A stretch of DNA of 47,026 nt from a virus (lineage: Duplodnaviria; Caudoviricetes): positions 1-47,026 of IMG/VR virus record IMGVR_UViG_3300035562_000054; one strand, written 5' to 3'. Shown here piece after piece: positions 7,751 through 15,589 of the stretch (positions are counted from its first letter, which is position 1; each line of letters begins with the position of its first letter). Below the pieces are notes generated by a model, which saw nothing but the letters and a program-made list of their open reading frames with translations, did no database searches and was not told the origin of the DNA. A program made the position numbers and the translations under genes.

Positions 7751-8380
7751 TTAACGCCACATAACGATCGTGACAACTCGACCTACAATCTCGACCTTTT
7801 CTGATTCAGTAATCCGAATCGGTGGGAAATGAGTGTCATTTGTAGCGTAGATAAGGCACTCATTTTTACCGATCTCTTTTCGACCCCATAAGCACATTAT
7901 TCGACCTGAATCATCTTTGATAGCATAAATATCAGTCTTTTCTATAGATTTTACAGATGTATCTATCAGGACTTCGGCCCCTTTTGGTAGATCTGGCGAT
8001 AACAAATCATCTTCGACTTTCATTGTTACCAGATCACTTACTCTCAGGCGCTTGGTCTCAATTAAAGACGTGTTAAACGCAACGGAGGTAAGCGGCTCGG
8101 GTGAGCCGATACGTGGAAGCGGTGAGAACGCGAGGGAGTCGCTTTCCCCTTCCATATCACTGAGTGTGGCCAGCCATGCCGGGGACACTTTCAACGCTGC
8201 CCCCAGTGTTTTCATACTTTTCAGCGGGGCTAGCCGTATACCCGCCTCGTAGTTTTGGATAGTGCTTCGAGGGATGCCAGTACGATCCTCAAGGTCTTGG
8301 ACTGACAATTTAGCCTCATGCCGTTTTTGCCTGATCCGGTTTCCTACCTGGATAGCCATCGTAATTTTTTCGTCATTCAT
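7751..8380 (-). CDS. cI: CI-like phage repressor (XRE HTH plus degenerate S24-like C-terminal domain)
   Basis: VGNRIRQKR...LSVQDL...GIPRSTIQNYEAG.R...VSPAWL HTH; C-terminal domain ends VEIVGRVV; divergent from a cro-like gene. Start codon approximate. Confidence 0.85.
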   Translation of the reverse strand: MNDEKITMAIQVGNRIRQKRHEAKLSVQDLEDRTGIPRSTIQNYEAGIRLAPLKSMKTLGAALKVSPAWLATLSDMEGESDSLAFSPLPRIGSPEPLTSVAFNTSLIETKRLRVSDLVTMKVEDDLLSPDLPKGAEVLIDTSVKSIEKTDIYAIKDDSGRIMCLWGRKEIGKNECLIYATNDTHFPPIRITESEKVEIVGRVVTIVMWR

Positions 8381-8528
8381 TTCAGTAGAGTTCCGCCTCA
8401 AATTGTAGTCAGCGTAACACATATTGTAGGCATTTCACGTAATGACTACAAAAAGTCGTTTTTTATCTTGATAAATCCCAGAGTGTGGTTAATTATGATC
8501 CCTAATTGTAGTTTTTTTGGGGGGCGAT

Positions 8529-9023
8529 GTGACGCTACAGGATTGGGTAACACAGCATGGTGGCCAGCGGGCATGTGCGGCTAAATTTAACTTCTCGGTC
8601 TCCTCTTTGGGGGCCTGGTTCCGTGCCGCCCGTTATCCCACGCCAGCGAGCCAACAACGGTTAATAGAGTGTTCTGATAACCAGATAGATTTTCGTCATT
8701 TATTACAGACATTTGTGACTAAAAAATTAGAAGTAGCACAGGACAAAGAGCCTACTATTCGTCGGTTAACTGGCTCTGTTTTTGTTCGTGATATTTCCCG
8801 CCTGAAACAGCTTTTTAAAGAGCTGAATTTATCCCCTGAGCGCTGCAACCTTTATGGCGAAAAAATTACGGCCCGCTGGGCTCACACACATGTAACGGTC
8901 CGTGAGGTGCGCTCTGCTGTTGCCTTGCTGGCTAAAGATGGAAAAGACGCTGGTGATCTACAGCTGATTCACCGGGCGATTGCTGAGGCCCGTAATGCTG
9001 CGCTGGGGAGCCTTACACAATGA
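8529..9023 (+). CDS. Cro-like regulator with an extra C-terminal domain
   Basis: MTLQDWV..HGGQRACA..F..SVSSLGAW....RYP, a Cro-type HTH; divergent from cI. Confidence 0.7.
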   Translation: MTLQDWVTQHGGQRACAAKFNFSVSSLGAWFRAARYPTPASQQRLIECSDNQIDFRHLLQTFVTKKLEVAQDKEPTIRRLTGSVFVRDISRLKQLFKELNLSPERCNLYGEKITARWAHTHVTVREVRSAVALLAKDGKDAGDLQLIHRAIAEARNAALGSLTQ

Positions 9024-9466
9024 TGATTCTCGTTTTGCTCGGTACTTCTCGCGTGCAGCAACAGGCGGTCGTTGATGCTTTGGTTAAAGATCTGACCGGT
9101 GGATATTCGGTAAGGCATATTGATAACGGCTCTGATATCTGTGACGCCGACAAAAAGTACCGAAATTTAAATAGCGCGTTGCTGGGTCGGAATTACGGTT
9201 ACACCGTCACAATAGTGACCGGCGTTGATACGGTTTCTGAATATAACTATCTGGCTCAGTACCGCGCTGTTTTCTGCCTGTTACCTGGGATTCTTCCCCG
9301 GATGCTCGGTAGTGGTGAAATCCCAATCACCAACGATTTTCTCTATGTTGCGCTGGCCCCCAACAAAATGGCCACACTCGAAAAGCGCCGCGTGTACATG
9401 TCGCCGCTTGAGGCTTTTTCCGAGTGCTACCAGCGCCAACAACGGGGAGGGCGCGAACGTGGCTGA
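9020..9466 (+). CDS. Hypothetical protein
   Basis: ATGA overlap with the upstream gene; part of the early operon. Confidence 0.7.
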   Translation: MMILVLLGTSRVQQQAVVDALVKDLTGGYSVRHIDNGSDICDADKKYRNLNSALLGRNYGYTVTIVTGVDTVSEYNYLAQYRAVFCLLPGILPRMLGSGEIPITNDFLYVALAPNKMATLEKRRVYMSPLEAFSECYQRQQRGGRERG

Positions 9467-9695
9467 TCCATATGTCCTTGGCGCTGTCCGATTCTGTCAA
9501 AACCCTAAATTTTTCAAGTTTCTTGAAAGCAAATTACGCTGGCCAGTCTCGGATAAAGAGTCTGCGGCTGATGGTTTGCGCCGGTTGTGCGGCATTACCT
9601 CCCGCGCTGAGTTGGCGACGAATCCGCGTGCCCGTGACGCTTACAAAGTGCTTATTGGTGAATTTAGCCGGTACATGAAAGAGGGCCGGATATGA
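9459..9695 (+). CDS. Conserved phage hypothetical protein
   Basis: GTG start after GGAGG; AADGLRRLCGITSRAEL motif. Confidence 0.7.
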   Translation: MADPYVLGAVRFCQNPKFFKFLESKLRWPVSDKESAADGLRRLCGITSRAELATNPRARDAYKVLIGEFSRYMKEGRI

Positions 9696-10090
9696 ACGGC
9701 CGTAAGCCCACAAAAAATGAAAAGCTCTATATCGATGCCTGCGTTCGGGACATTGGTTGCATCCCTTGCATCATCGACGGCCGAGAAATAGATAACCCGG
9801 CCGCATGGACGGAGTTTCATCACGACCCCGATTACGGCAGCACTGATCGGAACTGCCATTTTCATGGCTATGGCATTTGCAGCACACATCACCGTGGCGT
9901 AGTCCCTGATGGTCTCCCCGTTGGTGTTGCCGTTCGTCATCCCGTCGCCAGTAGTGGTCCTCGCTTTGCTGCTGTTTATGGGCCGGATGAGCTGTTGTGT
10001 GCAATGGCATGGGAGCGGCTTAGCGACTCGATAAAAGCCACCATTGGTTTCGATCTCAGTACCGGCGATATGCCGAAAGACTTTAAGTGA
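9692..10090 (+). CDS. Ref-family (recombination enhancement) HNH nuclease
   Basis: GCIPC...FHH...H...IC..HHRG zinc/HNH pattern with a basic N-terminus and a F...YG...ELL tail. Confidence 0.75.
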   Translation: MNGRKPTKNEKLYIDACVRDIGCIPCIIDGREIDNPAAWTEFHHDPDYGSTDRNCHFHGYGICSTHHRGVVPDGLPVGVAVRHPVASSGPRFAAVYGPDELLCAMAWERLSDSIKATIGFDLSTGDMPKDFK

Positions 10091-10112
10091 GGCCGCAACC
10101 AAGGGGTTAGAT

Positions 10113-10499
10113 ATGCACCAAACAAGAGGGATGACCCTGGAGCGCCGGTTAGAGCTTTGGGCGCGCTGGATCGTTACTGGGTGCAATTCGCGTAGTGGCT
10201 TCTCTTCGATGCTGGAAATGATGATGGTGACGCGTTGTCAGTTTTCCGGTGGCGGCGGCGAACCCCGAGACGACATAGAAACGGGCGTAGAGGCGGCGGT
10301 TATGTCATTAACCGCTGTTGATAAGGTCGCCGCATTAATTTTACGGGTTGAGTACGGAGCGTGGGCCCCTAAGAGCCTCGACGGAGCCCCGACACAACTG
10401 GATAAGGCCCACGCTCTCGGACTCTCTTTACGGACGTACAAACGGAAATTGGCAAAGGCACGACAACACGTAGCCAACTACCTGGGGATATCGCGCTAG
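10113..10499 (+). CDS. Antitermination protein Q-like late regulator
   Basis: LERRLELWARW N-terminus and a C-terminal HTH (KAHALGLSLRTYKRKL..AR); position is typical of Q. Confidence 0.7.
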   Translation: MHQTRGMTLERRLELWARWIVTGCNSRSGFSSMLEMMMVTRCQFSGGGGEPRDDIETGVEAAVMSLTAVDKVAALILRVEYGAWAPKSLDGAPTQLDKAHALGLSLRTYKRKLAKARQHVANYLGISR

Positions 10500-10536
10500 C
10501 AGTAAAGATATAAATATATATTGATATAAATATACC

Positions 10537-10962
10537 ATGCAAACAGTTGAGACCTCGACAATGGAAAACAACGAACTGTATTACCTTCAAGACTCCCGTA
10601 ATTACTCGGGAAATGACCTGTTATGGTGGGGGAAGTCTGGCGCGGGATATGTGACCGATCTCCGTAAAGCCCAGACCTTTACCAAAATTGAAGCGCTGCA
10701 ACAAAACGCCATGCGAGAGAGCGATATTCCGTGGCCTAAAGATTATGCAGATGCACACATAAAACACGCCGTTGATAGCCAGGATGTGAAGTTAACCACG
10801 GCGCTGGAGGGCAAAAATATTACCCTTCGCAAACCCACCCGAGAACGCAATATTTCCCCGCGTCATCAGTGTCCCGATTGTGGCCGGTTCATTAGCGAAA
10901 GCGAGTATTACGCCGGACCCTATAACGGCGGCACATGTACGAAATGCGAGAGGGGCTGCTAA
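10537..10962 (+). CDS. Conserved phage hypothetical protein (C-terminal zinc finger)
   Basis: YYLQDSRNY.GNDLLWW...GY.TDL.KA motif; CPDC...CTKC. Confidence 0.75.
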   Translation: MQTVETSTMENNELYYLQDSRNYSGNDLLWWGKSGAGYVTDLRKAQTFTKIEALQQNAMRESDIPWPKDYADAHIKHAVDSQDVKLTTALEGKNITLRKPTRERNISPRHQCPDCGRFISESEYYAGPYNGGTCTKCERGC

Positions 10963-11129
10963 TGAGAGTGCGTAACTGTTACGTCGAAAAACGCCGCCAA
11001 ATGCGTTACACCCGCAAGCGTATTCCAGCCGCGCTCAGAAACAATCTTAAAACGATCATCATGTGGGATTCCGGCGACTACTACGGAAGCACCGGAAAGA
11101 ATGCACGTCTCATTGAGGGGGCACGGTGA
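10962..11129 (+). CDS. Small basic hypothetical protein
   Basis: TAATG and GTGA overlaps with its neighbours. Confidence 0.5.
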   Translation: MRVRNCYVEKRRQMRYTRKRIPAALRNNLKTIIMWDSGDYYGSTGKNARLIEGAR

Positions 11130-11797
11130 CCCATTCCGAGTTAAACGCAATCGCCGTTAAATGGCTCCTTCGAGCCCGTAGCGCTAAGGGGCCCTGCTGT
11201 CATGTGGCTTTTCAGGAGATATCCGATACAAGTGGCGCTGAGCGTTGTGACGCGTGGGGTTATTCCTGGGGCTGGCGTCCTGCGAGCGTGCTGGTGGAGG
11301 TAAAAGTTAGCCGCTCTGACTTTCTGGCAGATCGTAAAAAACCACATCGTCAGGCTGGTGGAGTGGGCGTCTACCGCTATTTCATGTGTCCCGAAGGACT
11401 GATCACTATTGATGATTTACCGTATGGCTGGGGCCTATTGTGGGTGAACAAGCGTGGCCATGTAAAACCGATGGCCGGTCATATTGTTTGCCAGTTCCCT
11501 CCAGCTTATGGAAATGGCGCATGGTTGGAATATGCCTGGGAGTTTGAAGCCGATCGCGTAACGGAATTAAACATGTTGGCATACATGTTTCGCCGTGTTG
11601 GTGACCCGGACGCTTCATTACAGAAAGAACGCGAGTTAAATCGCACTATCGCCGCTCAGTCAAAGCAAATCACAGAATTGAATGACGAAGCCAAAAAGAC
11701 CCGCCATGAGCTTTATACCGCTCGCCGTACGCTGAAAGCATATCAGGAGCATTTCGGAACAATATCAACCGAAAGTCCGATAGTGAGGGCGACATGA
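11126..11797 (+). CDS. PD-(D/E)xK nuclease-like protein (MmcB-like)
   Basis: E...D...VEVKVSRSDFLAD..K...YRYF.CP.GLI...LP.GWGLL; coiled-coil C-terminus. Confidence 0.65.
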   Translation: MTHSELNAIAVKWLLRARSAKGPCCHVAFQEISDTSGAERCDAWGYSWGWRPASVLVEVKVSRSDFLADRKKPHRQAGGVGVYRYFMCPEGLITIDDLPYGWGLLWVNKRGHVKPMAGHIVCQFPPAYGNGAWLEYAWEFEADRVTELNMLAYMFRRVGDPDASLQKERELNRTIAAQSKQITELNDEAKKTRHELYTARRTLKAYQEHFGTISTESPIVRAT

Positions 11798-12414
11798 ATA
11801 AAAAATATACGTTGATTTATGCCGACCCGCCGTGGACATACCGCGATAAAGCTAACGATGGTAAACGCGGTGCCGGTCATAAATATCCGGTGATGAACGT
11901 CCATGATATTTGCCGCCTCCCTGTGTGGGAGCTTGCCGCCGAAAGCTGTTTACTGGCTATGTGGTGGGTGCCTACACAGCCGTTTGAGGCTCTAAAAGTG
12001 GTTGATGCCTGGGGGTTCAAGTTGATGACTATGAAGGGCTTTACGTGGAATAAGAGCTACCTACGGCAGACCGATAAACTTGCTCTTGGGATGGGACACA
12101 TGACCAGAGCCAATAGCGAGGACTGTCTTTTTGCGGTTAAAGGTAAATTACCCGATCGCCTTAACGCCGGGATTGTCCAGTCGTTCACTGCGCCACGTCA
12201 CACGGAACATTCCCGTAAACCGGATCATGTCAGAGAAAAATTGGTTCAACTGCTGGGCGACATACCGCGTATTGAGCTTTTTGCCCGTCAATCTTCGCAT
12301 GGTTTCGACTGCTGGGGGAATCAGTGTGGATCGCCAGCCGTGGATTTATTGCCAGCCCGCGTTATCGACATTCCCGTAAGCTACGGTGTGCGCAATGGGT
12401 GCAATCATGGCTGA
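11794..12414 (+). CDS. MT-A70 family adenine methyltransferase
   Basis: IYADPPW, W.K, GMGHMTRANSE, EHSRKPD and RIELFAR motifs. Confidence 0.92.
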   Translation: MNKKYTLIYADPPWTYRDKANDGKRGAGHKYPVMNVHDICRLPVWELAAESCLLAMWWVPTQPFEALKVVDAWGFKLMTMKGFTWNKSYLRQTDKLALGMGHMTRANSEDCLFAVKGKLPDRLNAGIVQSFTAPRHTEHSRKPDHVREKLVQLLGDIPRIELFARQSSHGFDCWGNQCGSPAVDLLPARVIDIPVSYGVRNGCNHG

Positions 12415-13336
12415 GACAATTATGAGGGCCATCGATCTATTTTCAGGATTTGGCGGCTCATCAACCGGCGCACAGTTGGCCGGTGCTGATGTTGTGTGGG
12501 CTGGTAATCATTGGCGTGAGGCTGTTGATGCTCATTCTATCAATCACCCAGGCGCGCTTCACGTCTGCCAAGACTTACATCAGGCGGATTGGTCAGCAGT
12601 TCCTGCGCATGACCTTCTGATGGCATCACCATGCTGTCAGGGACATAGCAAAGCCAGAGGCAAGAAATCTGGCAATCCGCAACATGATGCCAGCCGCTCA
12701 ACCGCATGGGCTGTTGTTTCCGCGCTTGAATTCCATCGGCCGCCGTTGGCTGTGGTTGAAAATGTTCCTGAATTTCTCGATTGGGAACTTTATCCGGCGT
12801 GGGCAGCAGCGTTGAATGCGTTGGGTTATCAGCTTGCGCCTCACATTCTTGATTGTGCTGACTTGGGCGTGCCGCAAAATCGTATACGTATGTTCATTGT
12901 CTGTACGAAAAGCAAATCCCCGTTGTTTTTGAATTTGCCAAAACAAGAGCATATTGCGGCAAATACTTTCATCGATATTAATATGGGAACTTGGTCAATG
13001 GTGAATAAGCCTGGCCGCGCTGTTGCGACACTTGAAAGAGTTTCGAATGGACGTAAACAGTTCGGTGATCAGTTTCTGATTAGTTATTACGGCAGTGCCA
13101 AGAATGGACGTTCACTTGAAAGACCCATTGGGACAATCACGACTCGCGATCGTTGGGCAATTATCAACGGTGACAGAATGCGGATGATCAGCGTTGAAGA
13201 AGCTATGTCTGCTATGTCGTTTCCGAAAGATTATTACCGACCAAACAATAAAAAATTAGCTATGCATATGGCTGGCAACGCCGTTCCACCGCAAGCCATG
13301 TCTACGATTATTACGGCTTTGAAGAGAGCTGTATGA
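12407..13336 (+). CDS. DNA cytosine-5 methyltransferase
   Basis: DLFSGFGG (motif I), SPCCQ (IV), ENV (VI), Q.R.R (VIII), GNAV (X). Confidence 0.93.
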   Translation: MAETIMRAIDLFSGFGGSSTGAQLAGADVVWAGNHWREAVDAHSINHPGALHVCQDLHQADWSAVPAHDLLMASPCCQGHSKARGKKSGNPQHDASRSTAWAVVSALEFHRPPLAVVENVPEFLDWELYPAWAAALNALGYQLAPHILDCADLGVPQNRIRMFIVCTKSKSPLFLNLPKQEHIAANTFIDINMGTWSMVNKPGRAVATLERVSNGRKQFGDQFLISYYGSAKNGRSLERPIGTITTRDRWAIINGDRMRMISVEEAMSAMSFPKDYYRPNNKKLAMHMAGNAVPPQAMSTIITALKRAV

Positions 13337-13420
13337 CTGAGACAACCATTTGGGGCTGTTTGGTAATGGACAAGTTAGCAGTCGACATTTAATTATAAGG
13401 GAAATAAAAAGGTAAAGACT

Positions 13421-13618
13421 ATGGGAAAAAATGATATTCCCCCGCGCCTAACAGAGAAAGAAATGCAAGCATTGGCAGTGAAGACAGTCCAAGAGTTTGT
13501 TAACGCCTGTAACTGTAAAAGTCGTGACGATATTTTATTGGCGCTGAGCTACTGGTTAAACATTGGTATGTCAGCTGGTGATACGGTGAAGTACGGAAAA
13601 GCGAGCCCACTACAATGA
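13421..13618 (+). CDS. Hypothetical protein
   Basis: 65 aa; AAGGT upstream; ATGA overlap with the next gene. Confidence 0.6.
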   Translation: MGKNDIPPRLTEKEMQALAVKTVQEFVNACNCKSRDDILLALSYWLNIGMSAGDTVKYGKASPLQ

Positions 13619-13875
13619 CCAATAATACCGCACGATTACAGCTGGGATATTCCCCGCTGACTAAAACCATTCAACTGGCGAAAATGCGTGATCTTGGTCC
13701 GGGACGGCGCCAGCGTGTAGGAAACGATCGGGGGCGCGATGTTACCAATGAAGCCGCACAAATGGTATGGCAGTTGGTCATTGACGAGGGTGGAGAAATT
13801 GGCTGGGACATTGCTGGTGGGGGACGCATGGTATTAAAGGCTAAAAAGATAGTAGCGGGGGTAGATCATGAGTAA
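13615..13875 (+). CDS. Phage hypothetical protein
   Basis: 86 aa; overlaps both neighbours in the operon. Confidence 0.7.
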   Translation: MTNNTARLQLGYSPLTKTIQLAKMRDLGPGRRQRVGNDRGRDVTNEAAQMVWQLVIDEGGEIGWDIAGGGRMVLKAKKIVAGVDHE

Positions 13876-14485
13876 TTCTCAGGTAAGGGAACAACTGATA
13901 GTGGCGCTATTTCAGCGTTGGTTGTCTGATGATTGCGTTGTTGTTGATACGGAGACAACGGGCCTTGGTAACGATGATGAGATCGTAGAAATAACCATAG
14001 TGACGGCCAGTGGCCATGTATTGCTTGATACGCTCGTTAAGCCCCAAAAGCCGATCCCGGAAGATGTTGCCAAAATTCATGGCATCACCAACGAAATGGT
14101 TTCTGCTGCGCCTACATGGGCGGATATTCATTATGATGTAACAGACGCAATGACCGGTAAAACGGTTGTTATGTGGAATTCTGCTTTTGATACCCGGCTT
14201 ATCAAACAGACATTCGATAAAAGCCCTAAAAGCCCTTTTTGTGCCAATAGAATTTATTCTCTGGCGTCTGCATTAAGTAATGTGCAATGCGCCATGCTGG
14301 CTTACGCTGAGTTTTGGGGGGACTGGAACGCAGAGCGCAATAGTTACCGCTGGCAGCGCCTGGGCTATGCGGCGGAACAGCAAGGGGTAAAAATAGAAGG
14401 GACCGCCCACCGGGCTTTATGCGATGTAAAAACGACGATCGGTGTTATTCGCGCCGTTGCTGCTGGTGGAGCGGTCAAGCCATGA
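13868..14485 (+). CDS. DEDDh 3'-5' exonuclease
   Basis: VVDTETTG, IHGIT, N..FD and AHRAL.D motifs. Confidence 0.92.
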   Translation: MSNSQVREQLIVALFQRWLSDDCVVVDTETTGLGNDDEIVEITIVTASGHVLLDTLVKPQKPIPEDVAKIHGITNEMVSAAPTWADIHYDVTDAMTGKTVVMWNSAFDTRLIKQTFDKSPKSPFCANRIYSLASALSNVQCAMLAYAEFWGDWNAERNSYRWQRLGYAAEQQGVKIEGTAHRALCDVKTTIGVIRAVAAGGAVKP

Positions 14486-15099
14486 CAACGCATACAGTAC
14501 ACGTAATGAAGCAGGCCCGCCCTGGTGATGATGAGTTAGCCCAGCTATGGAAACTTTACCATGCGGCCGAACGCGTAGAGGATCGTTGGTGTCGTAACAC
14601 CGTTGACCCTATTGCTGAGGAACTGGCCAATACGGAGTTATCCCGCGAAGAAAAGATGTTTCTGTTGCGAGCCTGGCAAGTTTTGGTTGATGGCCACGGC
14701 GGTTATGCTCGCTTAATGGGGGCGTTTGATTGCTACGTCTACAACGTGCAGGACCCCGCCGCCGATCACGTTGCCTATAAGCCTGAACTGGCTAAAGCAC
14801 TTAATGACGGTAATCTATTTGACGTTATTTTAGAGGCATACGCCGAAGCGCAAGAGACCATTGAAGCCCTTAAAAGTGGTATGGAAGCGATGGCCACTAT
14901 ATATGAGGCTCAAAAAGCGCGTATTAGCGAACTGGAAGCCCGGACCCTCAGTGTTAAGTTACCGGACCCGAGCAGTAAAGCATTCTGGGGTGGAACCGGT
15001 AAGAATGAAACCTTTTACCCATCAACGTACAAACGCTGGGTAGCGGAAGCAATAGAGCAGGCTGGGTCTCTAGCCCAGGTAGCCATTGAGGTTAAATGA
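14482..15099 (+). CDS. Ead/Ea22-like phage protein
   Basis: Coiled coil ending ARISELEARTLSVKLP, typical of lambdoid Ea proteins. Confidence 0.55.
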   Translation: MTTHTVHVMKQARPGDDELAQLWKLYHAAERVEDRWCRNTVDPIAEELANTELSREEKMFLLRAWQVLVDGHGGYARLMGAFDCYVYNVQDPAADHVAYKPELAKALNDGNLFDVILEAYAEAQETIEALKSGMEAMATIYEAQKARISELEARTLSVKLPDPSSKAFWGGTGKNETFYPSTYKRWVAEAIEQAGSLAQVAIEVK

Positions 15100-15446
15100 T
15101 GAAAACACCTGACGCCGAACGGAAGCGCGCCCAACGCCAGCGAGATAAGGAACGTGGGTTAACCGAGCTTAGGGTAACGCTGGAGCCCCAAGAGCTGGCC
15201 ATGTTGCAGGATAGTGCCGCTGGCCGTCGTTTGTTTCGTTCCCCTTATGACCTCAACGAGTACATAGCGCTGTTAATCAGGGAGGACCACGCCAGGCTAA
15301 AGCGGCAAATGGTGAAAATCCAGGCCCAACATTGTGAAAGGTGCGGTGACTGTGCTCCCGGCGATCTTTCTGGGTGCGTGTGTGCCGGTGATTCTCAATG
15401 CTGGCAGACAACCGGCCGAAATAAGTTACTACTCAACGGCAAATAG
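15096..15446 (+). CDS. Putative DNA-binding protein (RHH-like plus Cys cluster)
   Basis: KTPDAERKRAQRQR...PYDLNEYIALLIRED...CERCGD..P...C.C.GDSQCW; a common prophage family. Confidence 0.7.
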   Translation: MMKTPDAERKRAQRQRDKERGLTELRVTLEPQELAMLQDSAAGRRLFRSPYDLNEYIALLIREDHARLKRQMVKIQAQHCERCGDCAPGDLSGCVCAGDSQCWQTTGRNKLLLNGK

Positions 15447-15577
15447 CTGTGACGCGTCACAGGTGATAATTTTATATGGGAAATGGCTTGTGATTTTTGA
15501 CTGGCAATCTCAATTTGTAGGTTTTATTTGTTTATTTGAATCAAAAACTACAATTCGTGTTGTTTATTTTGGCCCTT

Positions 15578-15586
15578 TGGTATAGT
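15578..15586 (+). promoter_or_regulatory. Candidate late (pR'-like) promoter with extended -10
   Basis: TG-G-TATAGT at the end of an AT-rich intergenic stretch, directly before the structured region. Confidence 0.45.
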
Positions 15587-15589
15587 CTT

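Noticed and set aside
15447-15462. LexA box (CTGT-N8-ACAG)
   Set aside because: The spacer GACGCGTC is GC-rich, unlike the AT-rich SOS consensus, and the related copy at 3825 lacks the CTG/CAG ends.
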